NCBI GenBank assembly: GCA_037447605.1
Contig: CM074814.1
Location: 2,914,001-2,978,000 of the forward strand
DNA length: 64,000 bases
Reading direction: 5' to 3'
Source: Zygnema circumcarinatum SAG 698-1b
Taxonomy: Eukaryota > Plantae > Zygnematophyceae
Each line of letters opens with the position of its first letter. Position 1 is the first letter of the stretch. Under the pieces are notes generated by a model, which saw nothing but the letters and a program-made list of their open reading frames with translations, was not told the origin of the DNA and did no database searches. The position numbers were made by a program, and so were the translations under genes. This document shows positions 1-12,551 of the stretch, in pieces.

Positions 1-37
1 TTTGGATTTGATATGTCTCATCTTGCCAGCCCTGTAG

Positions 38-1465
38 CATAAACATGTCGTCACGATCCTGCTTCGGTGAGCTTCATTCGTATTCTGCTTTATGTAAAGA
101 GTACCGAGCTCCATAAGTTGGAAATGTCCGTGTCTTCTAATGTTTTAGATACATATGAGGTGCCAAGCATCCTTTTCTTTGTGGAGGCTGCAGAACTATG
201 CAGAGAGCCGAAAGCGAAAATCAGCCGCCAAATGTCAATCACTCTGCTGCCATCCTCGTGCACCACAACTGCATTCTGCGGAACAAGCGATGCATTATGG
301 CCTTCCTGTAAGTGATTAAGTGAACATATTGAAGCTTAACATTTTTTCTTTGTAATAGAAGAAAGAATTTACGAAGTCAAATCACAGTAGAACTCTGGCT
401 GATGCGCTATGTAGGACTCAGTTTTCTTCGGCTTCAGTGAAAGGTTTTCCGTCTCCGGCTTGTTGAATTTTATAACGCTAAGCATTTCATCTTGGATGGT
501 GCTGTCGGTTGCGGGTCAGGCACCATCGATTTCAGAAGATTAAGGGTTTGAGATGGCAGCTGGGTGCTGTTTTGCCGGAAGAAATCGAGGGCAAATTGAG
601 CATATCGGAAAAAGAGGCTTTCAAGTCATATTCTGACAACTTAGCAGATTACATGGCAGCGGTTGGAATGGACCTCGCTGTGGTAGGTGAGGAGTAACCC
701 TCCACGTACGTGAAAAGTTGAAAATGAAGATTGACGAGTTATAACCCAAATGAAAGCTCCTGATCATGTAAAACGAGCTCTATGGTTCCTTCTGCCCTAA
801 AATTGAGGATTGAGAAGCAGTGACTCTTCTTCCTTCCAGGATGCTCGTCCTCCAAAAGACCCCTACATCGAGGTCCGGGTTTTGCAGCCTACCGGGCCTC
901 TGCTAGTGGATGATAAAGTTGTGCATCTTACGCCAAATTCGGTGCACCTGCTCAAACGAGTTGATGCGGAACCACTCATTTTGCAGGTATGGGAGCAGAA
1001 CCTTACTGCTCGGCAAACATGGATGTTCTTTGGTATTGTGAAACTGACTGACTTTAAACCGCATGCCAACGCTCGTCACACACGCGTTTGTACATATTGA
1101 ACGAAGTCCAGAGCCTCTGTCCTTTGCACCCCCCTTTGGCCTGTGATAAGCCAATATGAACTGTTCTGAAGGTCTGAATAGGTAAGATGGTCCGTGTCTG
1201 TATGATGCTGTTACCCTGGTTAACATTTTCGGTGTTCTACCTTCTTTGAAATCTAGTTTGAGGCGCCTAAATGCTCTGCTTTTCTCTCCTGGAGCAACAA
1301 CGTGTGCCAGCGTTAGCAGGACGTTAGCGCCAGGAAGTCAGTCCTTGCAGCTCTGCTCTCTCGCTCCGTTCGCTGAAGCAGCGGGCAGATTCCGAACTTT
1401 GGCGCACAGGCTGAGGGGCGAGGCGTGGCACTGTACAGGGTTTCCTGGAGCATCGTCAGTACTGA
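38..1465 (+). CDS. PSF1: GINS complex subunit 1 (Psf1), 3' part; 5' end lies before the window
   Basis: Phase-compatible GT-AG exons 38-66, 194-307, 520-682, 840-986 and 1439-1465 give ...HHNCILRNKRCIMAFL...LPEEIEGKLS...DARPPKDPYIEVRVL...HLLKRVDAEPLILQGFLEHRQY*. This matches the Psf1 hallmarks RNKRC and PPKDPYIxVRV. Confidence 0.93.
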
Positions 1466-2024
1466 TGGGAAGAGATGGCGAATGCTGCCACCCTGTGGCA
1501 CTGACATGAAGTGAACTGCCCACGTCCACATGCGAAGTAACGACGCCCTGAGGTGACCCTGACTGACGCCGGTTCTGCACCGCTTTCATTTTGTGACCTG
1601 TCATCTCGCCACCCTAGGGAAGGATGGGGCCTGAATTGACGGCTTCCGTGTTCGTGTATCCTCAATGTGAGGAGTGCTGAGAGCGGTTAAAAAGGAGCTC
1701 TTATGCGTTGACTATAGGACAAGCACATGTCAAAGCACCGCTGCTGTATTAACCTCGTACTGCGTATCTCATCTCAGTCATGATCATCTGCAATCACATG
1801 TGCCCTAATCTACACATATCCAAACCTTTGTCTGCCTCTTGAGGTCTTTCCTCCTGAACAATGGATTGTTCTATCATATCGACCGCAGTTAAGACAACTT
1901 TCGGAACTCTTTCTCACAGAAGCATCCTACGCAGCACCCATGCAAAACATGTAGAGGACTATCCCTCGTCACTGAAGCTATGTCTATCAACACGCCAGCC
2001 GACAACAGAGCCGGACTGTGCGCG

Positions 2025-5000
2025 CTAAGCCGGGAAGTACTCGAATTCGGAATTATTACTTTCGAATGTCTGAACGTCTTCTTCTTTCCTGCACGCGAAG
2101 GACACTCACATAGCAGAGCATGGCATGGTAAGACAATGTTCCTCATCCCACAACAGTTTGCCAACACATGCACGGTGGGCGAGCAAGCGACAACCCCTCT
2201 AGAGACAGCCAACCCCTGCATCGTATACCATGCATCATGCATACCTTGTTGCACGATGAAGTAAAAATGGGTCCATGCGGCCTTCTCTTACGACTCGTTC
2301 TCCTCCACATCATCGCCCTCTTCCACTTGGTCGACCTTCCTCCTGGACCGCCCGCGGGTGCGCGAGGCGGGCCCCGTCTCCTGCCTGTCCACCTCGTCGT
2401 CCGCTCGCCGCCTCTTCTTCCCTCCCGGCCCCGGGGTGGACCGCGCTCCCCCCGCAGAGCTGCTCTGCAGGGGACTCGTCACCACAGAGTTGGTGGGCCG
2501 GCGAGAGGACTGCCGTGCGGAGCCTTTGCCCTTCTGGACGGAACTGCGAATGGAGGTCTCTCCCTCCTCCACCTCGGCCCCTCCTTTAGCGTGTCCCGTC
2601 CCCGCTTCTCCCCCATGCAACTGCATCTCATTGCCTGCCTCCTCCACCTTCTCGTCAACTTCCTGCAGCCTCACCTCGTTTACTACCTCTACTTCCCGAA
2701 TCGTCTGAGTTTGGATCCCCCCAGGCCTCTGCTCGCCAGCCCCGACCTCAGCCGTTTGGTGAACCGTCGATGTGACTTTCTCGGCTTCAAACCTCAGAGT
2801 GACTGCAGATTTTACAGCAGATGACTGCCCTGCTTCCTTGGGAGGCGACTTTCCAGTCGACCCAACTAGCAGCTGCCTGCAGCGCGCAAAAAAGCCCTGT
2901 ACTTCGGCGGGTGAGTGCAGAAAAGAGGTCGGGGTGGTCAGCCCTACATCAGCCCTGCCGGCCCCTCCTGCACCCTTCTGCTGCTCCAAGGAAAGTTGAA
3001 CTGCGGAAGATGGAGGTGACATGGGAGTGCGCTGAGTACGAAGGGCATTTTCCGCAGTGAAGAGTTCATCCTTCAGCTTTTGGAGTCTTTCCACCTCCCC
3101 AATGGCAGCCTGCCGATCAGCATGTAAAGATTCTCGCTGCTCACGAACAATCCGCTGTTCCGCCTGCAAGTATGTTTTAACGAGCCACGACGAAACGATA
3201 GGATTAGACTGACAGCGGCAACTTCACACGCGGTTCACTTTCTGACAAACAAACAAACAAACACATGCAGATGGCATGTAGGACAGAAGCTTGTAGTTCG
3301 CGTAATTGGATCAAAATGACAAGAAAACTGGTTCACTAACGGACTGATCACACGAATACATGCATCATACCTTGAAGCAATAGCCAACACGTGAGTCTTT
3401 ACATTATGAGCTAATGGTCCTTTATCACACACAAGGAGGGCATGGCACTGGGATTCTAAGCTCACCCGCAGCTCCATAGTTTCTCGCTGAAGTTCAGCAC
3501 GTTCCTGCTCCAACACTTCTCTCTCCTCCCGCAGCTTCTCCCTATGCAACTGCACCTCTTCTGCATCATGTTCGGCTCCTGCTTGGTCGACGACCACAAT
3601 CTCTCTCCGCGTATTTTCTTTCTCCTTCTTCAACCTCTCCCTCTGACTCTGAACATCTTGCAACATCTGCTGTACATTTTGCCACTCCCGCTGAACTTCC
3701 GCCCTGTCTCTGCTCAACCGCTCTCTCTCATGCTGCACGTTTTTCTTTCCTTCGTCGAGAAGTTGTACCTCTTCCTCCCTTTCTTTCGCTGATCGAGCAT
3801 TTTCCGCCATAATTTTCTGATGCATTTCACTTTCAGCGTTTTGAAGCTCAATCCTCAGTGCTTCCCTCCTCGCCTGCAGATCTGCCTGAGCCTTCGCATT
3901 TTCTTGTTCCAACTGGGCTCTCTCCGTCAAAATCTGCAATCTTTCGCTATCCAAACTTACCCTCTCCTGCTGAAGCAGGCTGCGTTGGTATTTCACAGCC
4001 TTCAGGTCCGACTCAAAGCTCAGCTTCTGCCGTTGAAGATCAGCCACCTGTTGCTTTACTTCAGACATGTCCTTTTGAGCTGCCACTTTTTCAGACTCTT
4101 GAACCTCTCGAAGCCTTTGGATTTCTGCCTTTTTAGCCTCCAAGGAAGCTCGTGCTTCCTGCAACGTCTCCCGCTCCCTCTCCAACTGCTTTGTTCTCTC
4201 CTGCAACTCTCTCTCTGCTGCAGCTTTGGCCTTTGACATGTCTTCCGCATTTTTCCGCACTTCCTGCTGCTGCCTCTCCACTTCCACTCGCATCCGCATC
4301 AGCTCAGACCTGGTGATTTCATTCTCCCTCTGTGCTGCAGATGTGCTTTCCTCCAGCTTCTTCCTCGCTTTATCAAGGTCTACCACTTCCTTATTCAGCT
4401 GACTCTGCTGCTGCTCCAATCTGTCTGTCAAGCTCCGCTTTTCAGAAATTTCTTTCTTCAACTCCTCCCTCTCAGACTGCAACACCAACCTCTGCGCGTG
4501 CACATCCATCAGCTGCTTCCGAACAAGGGCCATTTCCTGATCCACCTTGGCTGCCGATTTTTGCTGAACAACCCGTTCACTTGCCAGACTTTCTTGGTCT
4601 TTTTTGAGTTTGGCGTCCAATGCATTTAAACTTGCTTTCTCGACCTTCAACTCATCCCTCAGCTTGCTAAGGGACTCCTCCTCATACTTCACCTTCTTCT
4701 TCAATTCCTGCAATTCCTTAATCTCCTTGTTGACAAGTGACTGCTGTTGCAGCAGTTCAGATTTTCTTGAGTCGAATTCTTTCTTGGCCTCCATTCGTTC
4801 CCGTTTCAGGCCCTCCCTCTGCGCTGCTAGTTCTGCTCGCGCCTTCTCGGCAGCTTCCCTCTCCCCTTTAGCCTTCACTCTCTCCTGCTCTGCAAGGGCT
4901 CTCTCACCTTCTGCCTTTTCCCTCTCCTTCTTTGTCTCGACCTGATCCTGTAAGCGCTTCTTTTCCAGCATCTCCCTCTCGACCCTCACAACTGTGCTCG

Positions 5001-8000
5001 CTTGTTCCGTCTGCCTCTCCATTTTGACTCTCTGTGCTTGAAGGGCCTCCATACCCTTCGCTAACGCCGCAGTTTCTGCCTTTACCCTATCCATATCCTT
5101 CTTCGCTTTAGCGGACTCCTCCTTCACAGTCACTGCAAACTTCTCCAGTTCAGCCCTCTCGTCATGCACCTTCTTCAACAGCTCCCTGTTCGAAGCAATC
5201 TCAGTCGCATTCGCAAGCCGTTCCTGATGTAGGGCCTCCTTCTGAGCAGCTGCTTCAGCCATGGCCTTCTTAGCTGCTTCCAAGTTCTGTGAATCTCGAG
5301 GGCAAAAGCAAACGATCAAATCACAGTTAGATATTGTCACACCTGTTTTCGGATACAAAATGGAAATCATCGAGCTCAGTTGGGCAGGAATGCTAAAAAG
5401 ACACATCAAATCACAAGCTTCATCCTAAGCCCATTTATCAGTTCTGCATTATCTGTGACGGAAGAAAAAAAAAATTGTCATGAAAAGTCGTCACCTTTGC
5501 CCACTCCTCCTTTTCTGCCGCAGCTTTTGCTGCCTCTGCCGCCACCCTCTGAAGCATGGCCTCGTGTTCCTTTGCCATCTTCTCGTTCTCCCTTTTCAAC
5601 TTCATATCCACTTGCTTCTCCTGTTCCTCGACCTTCACCTTCGCCAGCTGCACTGCTGCCTTTTCTTTTGCGAGCCCATCCTTCTCCTCCTTCACCTTCA
5701 TTCGCAACGCTTGAAGCTCCTTCTTCTCCTTATCATGTGCTGCCCTCTGTTGCAAGAGATTTGACCCCTCCACTTTCATTTCTTGAATCTGCTTCGTCAC
5801 TCTGCTCTTCTCCAATTTCAGCGCCTCCTTCTCAGACCGCAGCTCCGCCTCGCGCTTCTGCAAGGACTCTTTTTCTTTAGCAGTTCTCTCAGCTTCTTCC
5901 CGCTGTGCCCTCGACGTTTGCTCGCTCATATTCTGCAGTTCTCCTCGTGCAGCATCTACACTAGCCATGTTCCTAGTCCACTCCTCAATCATTGCTGCCT
6001 TTTCAGAAGTAAGGGATGTCTTCATAGCTGCAATCTTCGCTTCCTCCGCCGTAATTTCCTTCATTTTGGCTTCACGTTCTCCGTCTAAGAGATCCCACTG
6101 CAGCTCGAATCTGTTCCTCTCCTCCCTCAACTCCTCCTGCTTCACCCTCAGAGCCTCCTTCATTTCGACCACTTGGGCCCTCTCCGCAAAAACTGAAGCT
6201 CGGGCTTCGCCTATCTCGGTCTCCAACTTGACTCGTTCCGACTTGGCTGCTTCCAGCAATGCTTCTTCCCTTTGTACACATTCCTTCACGCTTTCAAGAG
6301 CTTCTTTCATGCTGGCTAGCTCGGCAGCTGTATGCTGGTCTTCTGACACCTGCTTTTCTAATCTGCTCCATCCAAACCAAAAATAACATGCCCTCAATCA
6401 TTACTTCAAATGACGTGCGAGAAGGGAAAACATAAAGGAAGAGTTGCCCGCTTGCAGCGCCATAAGGAGACAAGCGNNNNNNNNNNCGCCCCCCCCCCCC
6501 CCCGCTCCCCCCCCCCTCAATAAACTGAAAAATTGCCAAAAAAATCCCCTAAAAGTTGCCCTGCTTACCTCGCCAGCTCCACTTTCATACGAGCTTCTGT
6601 CGCAGCGTATTCACGGGAACGATTATCCATATCTATCTGCAAATCCTGAAGCCTCTTCTCCGTCTCCCTCACTGCCTGCTGCTCGTTCTTCAAAGCTGCT
6701 TCTCGAATGGCCAACTGTACCCGAGCTTGCTCAGAGGCCGCCATGGTCCTGTTTAAAACAGTCCGCTCCTCCTGCCCCACACACGAAGAATGTGTCAGAA
6801 GACTCGGCCAATCGACGAATATTTTTAGCACAAACAAACAATTAAAACATGCAATCCATAGGTCAAATCCCCCACTTCCCTCCCCCCCCCCAAGACAAAA
6901 AGTCAACAAGCGGTCGCACCTCGAGCGCATGAGCTTGCCGCTCGAGATCAGCAGCACGATCTGCAACACTTAATCTTCCTTTCTGCAAGACCGCCTCCAG
7001 TTCACCAACCTCCTTCTGCTCTTCGATCTGTAATTCACAAAAAAAAACAGCATTAAGGGCTTGCCGAGCTTGACATTCCTTGACATGAACCCAGTCACAA
7101 ATTCTCCTTTGGAGTAGCCTTCTTCACAAGAAGGCTAGGGTAGTTCGGGAACACACAAGCACTAAAACATTGGCCGACATAGTTTCGAAGCCTGACTAGA
7201 GTTCTTGTATCACATCATAGTCTGAGCCCTTCACAGCATTGTAGAGATCGAAAATTGACAGACCAGCGCTTGTTTCGCATCTTCCAGCGACTGCTGACGT
7301 CTGTTCAGAGCATTCTCCAAAGCCTTCAGCCGCTCCCTCTCCCTCAGACTGCTCGCTTCCGCCTCTTCGAGCTTCAAAGAGTGATGCTGCAAATGCTGCA
7401 CAGAAACGGGTGCCGCTAGAAAGTCATCGCCAAAACTAAAAGTTTCATGGTGCGCAAGGGTAGAATGATCGCAGACAATCTGGAAACGAGCATTGGTATG
7501 ATGAAACGAGACTCACCCGCTCCTTTGCCGAAAGTTTATCCTCGAGAAGAGAAAGCTCCTGCTCCTTAGCATCCAAGCGGGTGTGCCGGGATTCCAGGGC
7601 CTGCGAAGTGAAAACACAAAAACAAAATCTTAGATATTCCAAAAAATACGAACAGAAAACGTGCTTGGCAAGTGTCTTTCGCAACTCACAGCTGCCTCCA
7701 TGCAAACTTTCAATTTAACTCCTGCTAATCCGAGTCAATACTCTGCCATTTTCTAAAATCCCCGTCGTTCTAGTCATGGTATACTGAGGACAGAAAATAG
7801 TAGAAAAGGCAGCCAAGAACTCCGGCTAAACATTGTAAGTCAATAGTCCAGGCCAAAGTCCAAAAGGACAAACTTTGCTCCAATACTGCCTCCAGAACAA
7901 CACGACCACTNNNNNNNNNNCGCCCCCCCCCCCCCCCGCTCCCCCCCCCCTCAATAAACTGAAAAATTGCCAAAAAAATCCCCTAAAAGTTGCCCTGCTT

Positions 8001-11000
8001 ACCTCGCCAGCTCCACTTTCATACGAGCTTCTGTCGCAGCGTATTCACGGGAACGATTATCCATATCTATCTGCAAATCCTGAAGCCTCTTCTCCGTCTC
8101 CCTCACTGCCTGCTGCTCGTTCTTCAAAGCTGCTTCTCGAATGGCCAACTGTACCCGAGCTTGCTCAGAGGCCGCCATGGTCCTGTTTAAAACAGTCCGC
8201 TCCTCCTGCCCCACACACGAAGAATGTGTCAGAAGACTCGGCCAATCGACGAATATTTTTAGCACAAACAAACAATTAAAACATGCAATCCATAGGTCAA
8301 ATCCCCCACTTCCCTCCCCCCCCCCAAGACAAAAAGTCAACAAGCGGTCGCACCTCGAGCGCATGAGCTTGCCGCTCGAGATCAGCAGCACGATCTGCAA
8401 CACTTAATCTTCCTTTCTGCAAGACCGCCTCCAGTTCACCAACCTCCTTCTGCTCTTCGATCTGTAATTCACAAAAAAAAAAAACAGCATTAAGGGCTTG
8501 CCGAGCTTGACATTCCTTGACATGAACCCAGTCACAAATTCTCCTTTGGAGTAGCCTTCTTCACAAGAAGGCTAGGGTAGTTCGGGAACACACAAGCACT
8601 AAAACATTGGCCGACATAGTTTCGAAGCCTGACTAGAGTTCTTGTATCACATCATAGTCTGAGCCCTTCACAGCATTGTAGAGATCGAAAATTGACAGAC
8701 CAGCGCTTGTTTCGCATCTTCCAGCGACTGCTGACGTCTGTTCAGAGCATTCTCCAAAGCCTTCAGCCGCTCCCTCTCCCTCAGACTGCTCGCTTCCGCC
8801 TCTTCGAGCTTCAAAGAGTGATGCTGCAAATGCTGCACAGAAACGGGTGCCGCTAGAAAGTCATCGCCAAAACTAAAAGTTTCATGGTGCGCAAGGGTAG
8901 AATGATCGCAGACAATCTGGAAACGAGCATTGGTATGATGAAACGAGACTCACCCGCTCCTTTGCCGAAAGTTTATCCTCGAGAAGAGAAAGCTCCTGCT
9001 CCTTAGCATCCAAGCGGGTGTGCCGGGATTCCAGGGCCTGCGAAGTGAAAACACAAAAACAAAATCTTAGATATTCCAAAAAATACGAACAGAAAACGTG
9101 CTTGGCAAGTGTCTTTCGCAACTCACAGCTGCCTCCATGCAAACTTTCAATTTAACTCCTGCTAATCCGAGTCAATACTCTGCCATTTTCTAAAATCCCC
9201 GTCGTTCTAGTCATGGTATACTGAGGACAGAAAATAGTAGAAAAGGCAGCCAAGAACTCCGGCTAAACATTGTAAGTCAATAGTCCAGGCCAAAGTCCAA
9301 AAGGACAAACTTTGCTCCAATACTGCCTCCAGAACAACACGACCACTAGATTCTAGGCAGTAAAGCTATGTCTCCTTCACTTACTGAAGCTTTGGAATGT
9401 TGTTGAAGTGTGAGATTTTGAAGTTCAGTATTCATTTTATTCCAGTTGCTGCTCTCCTCCTCTAGCAGTTGCCGCTGATGCTGAATTTCCTTTTCCATGC
9501 TCACGAGCGACTCTTCCCGGACAACAATCTTCTCCTCTCGTGCACTGAGTGACCTTTCTTTCTGTTTCACCAAACAGATTCAGCAGTTAGGTGATACGAG
9601 CGAACATCGCTTCACTTTCTTCCGGCATATGAGTCATATGAATGCATGGTTGCCATATGCATGATGAAAATGAGAGCGTATCAACAGTCGATGACAGCAG
9701 ATTACTCCTGGATTACAAAACAGACGGCACAATGTTCTGACATTCACCTCCAATATGGAAAGATTACGCTGCTCCAGCCTCATTTCCAACTCTGTCAAAG
9801 CGGCCTTCTGCTGCTGCAGATCCGCCTCAGCAGCGCCACTCCTGAAAACCAAGACGCAACATACTGTCCATGTCACACGAGCAATACGGTTTCGATGGAA
9901 CCTTAACTTAGACGCAAATCACAGAACAAATGCAACAAATGCAAAATGAGATGACTTACTGTTCTTTCAATGCTTGCTTCTCTCGACTTAACGCGGCCTC
10001 CTTCAGCTCCGCTTCCTGCACTTTCTTATCAGCTTCAGCTTGCTTTCTCATTGCCTCCACTTTCAAAGCCTCTGCCGATCGAGCCAGGGCTTCACTTTCT
10101 CTCGACTTCTCCTCAGCACTTCTCGATAAAGACTCAGCCTCAGACAGCTGGTGCTCAACTCTCCGTTGAATCACCTCTTTCTCTGTTCGCAGCTCCCGAA
10201 TCTCCGTTTCCAACTGCAGCAGATAATTTAAAAACCATTAGAAGCAGGGAAGATAAATGCACGCAAAAACATGCACATTGGTTCCATCATCAAAAACTCA
10301 CAGCGACAAGCATGAAGTAAAGTAAAGTAAAAAAACTCACATCTTGGACGCATTGCTGCTCAATCTTCAGTGCCTCCTTGACCATGTCTGTCTTTTCTTG
10401 TATTGCTAACGTTTCTATCCGGTGTGCGGTTCTCTCCTGCAACAAAGCTTCCTCAGCTTCTCGTAATGTGGCCTTCGAATTCTCATATTTGGGGCCCCAC
10501 TCTTCTCGTTCGCGCAACAGGATGTCCATGTTGTATCGATATCTGTCCACCTGTACCCATTAAAACTTGCACTTCAGTAACGGCTGGAGCAAGCGAACAG
10601 GACAATGTATAGAGTAAAACTCCTTAACATCATCTTTGACAATAAAGCATGCCGAAAATCAATGATTTCGGGAGAGAAATAAAAAACCCAAAAGCTAAGC
10701 ACAGCAAAGAAGGTAACTTTTCAAGAGATGCAGGCCTTACAGACCTCCTCTACAAGAAATTCAACCCTGGCATTCAACGCATCAATCTCGTCCCGCAAAA
10801 TCGTATTCTCGTCGAAGCTCCCTGCCTCCTGGAACCTCCTCCAGGCCTCCGCTTCCGTCATGGCTCCGTTCCCTTCTCCGTCCCTCAGCAAAGCATGCAC
10901 TCCCTCCACAGACTCCCTCCGCTGCTCCCGCGACAGCCTGCGCAGATGACGCGGCCGCGTTACGATGACGGCGCCGACGTCGGCCATGGCGTCGCGAGGC

Positions 11001-11164
11001 TCCGGCTCCTTGCCGCGCGCCTCCTCCTCCCGGCCATGCGCCTCCTCCAAGGCGCCACGTGGCGTCTGCTCCGGGGACGACCTCCGGCTGCGTCTTTCTG
11101 AGGCTCTCCCCGCCACCGGCGTCGAGGAGAGCCGCCGGGAAAGCGGAGACACGGACCGCAGCAT
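2025..11164 (-). CDS. NMCP: Nuclear matrix constituent protein (NMCP/CRWN/LINC-type plant lamin analogue), multi-exon, about 1,750-1,800 aa
   Basis: The SP/TP-rich head from ATG 11164 is followed by AWRRFQEAGSFDE, YRYNMDILLREREEW, ERTAH...EALKIEQQCVQDLE and LSEAESLSRSAEEKS, the conserved N-terminal rod motifs of NMCP/CRWN. Then come more than 1,200 aa of heptad-rich coiled coil, a tail with a KKRRR NLS and an acidic end. The last exon 2088-2025 (KEEDVQ...EFEYFPA*) is inferred from splice phase; otherwise the stop is at 2288. Confidence 0.88.
6487..9347. repeat. 1.42-kb tandem duplication (6487-7910 = 7921-9347) bounded by N gaps; likely assembly artefact
   Basis: The copies look identical, introns included, apart from one poly-A run 3 nt longer in the second copy. 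Each copy begins immediately after a 10-N gap at a poly-C tract. Confidence 0.85.
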
Positions 11165-11723
11165 CTGCGAGGGCGCAGGCCGGCCGCGCTGCCGTGCCAA
11201 GCACTGCTTCTGTCGACGAGCTCTTCTACAGAAATGCGCGGGACTGCAGCCTGCACCTCGACCCTGCCGGGCGCTCACCTCTGACCCCACACACAGGATG
11301 GCTGCTGGCGGCAACGTCTCACCGCCTGTGCGTGTCGGCGTGTGCGCGCGAGAGAGAGCGAGAGAAAGAGAGAGAGAAAGAGAAAAGGGAGAGAGAAAGA
11401 TGAGCGAGGGAGAGGAAGGGAGAAAAAGTGCGGAGCGCGGGAGAAATTAGGGTTACGAGACCTGCCTGCCTCCCCCCCCCGGTTTCCCGGCGATCCGCCA
11501 ACTGCCCGTTGAGGCAGGGAGGGGTCCGCCCGCGGGCAGGCCTGGAAACTTCTCCTCCGCGGGACTCGGACGCTAAAAAAAGAACCGCCAATGGAAATGG
11601 TTCAGCGCAGGAAACTTCATTCTGCCCGAGAGTGAAAGATGAAATTTTAGAGGTACGGTACTTCCCTGTTCACATTAACTGGCACTGCGTCACATTGCAG
11701 TTTTACGCGATAGATTTCCACAA

Positions 11724-11866
11724 GGAAAATGCCATATACACACCTTTTTGTATAGAAACACACCTGTTTTCGCCGGTCAGATTTTACTTTAAAGCTAAAA
11801 GCCTAAGTGCTGGTATTGGGGACAAAGGTGTGTATCTAGAAAAAAGGCTGTGTAAGTAGCAATTCC
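11724..11866. mobile_element. Degenerate miniature inverted-repeat relic related to the foldback family
   Basis: GGAAAATGCCATATACACACCTTTTTGTATAGAAACACACC pairs with the reverse complement of GGTGTGTATCTAGAAAAAAGGCTGTGTAAGTAGCAATTCC. Both resemble the TIR of the 36305-37286 element. No TSD is visible. Confidence 0.55.
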
Positions 11867-12551
11867 TTTTTCCTGAATTAGGTCACCGTAATTTGTTACG
11901 TCCTGCGGCCTCGCCTGCCCGTCCGAGGAATGAAAAACTTTTATTCCATATTTGTAAAATTGGTAGCCGACATATTTTGACGGCCAAGAATACTTTTTCG
12001 AGCAGACCGAAAATGTTTTCGGCTCGCCTTTTACTTTTGGCGCGGACCCCGCCTGCGTGTACGGACGATAGCGCTGCCAGAGCCGTCCACGTCAGCATGC
12101 CACGTTGCCCCCTACTGTACGGACAGCTGGCGCCATCCCTGCAATCCGACCGTCCATTCTGGCTGCGATCGCATCTCGCCTCTGACTGCCACGTGTCCTC
12201 AACTGGAACAGTTACAGTTGGGAATCACAGAGCTAGAGGAGATGGGAATCTTGAACTGAACGAGCAGCACAACTGGCGCTTGTGAAGGCGGCATGGAACG
12301 GGGATGCAGGCAGGTCTCGGCCACAGAGCGAAGGAGAGCTGGAGGGAGAGAGGGGGTTTGTAACGAGCGGAGCGTTTGCTGGCTGACGCGCAAAGCTTGA
12401 TTTGGATTTCTAGTGCCAACTGGCGAGCTGCAGCCCTCCTTTGGCTGGGGGGTGACAAATTAGGGTTTGCAGCGTACTCTGCAGCGTCTGCTGGCGCTTT
12501 CAGACTCGCTTGTTTCTTATTTCTAGGGTTTTGTTTCCAGATTTGTCCGCC

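Noticed and set aside
6487-9347. Real tandem exon duplication expanding the NMCP rod
   Set aside because: The copies look identical, introns included, and each starts at an N gap, so a scaffolding or haplotype artefact is far more likely. Read depth would decide.
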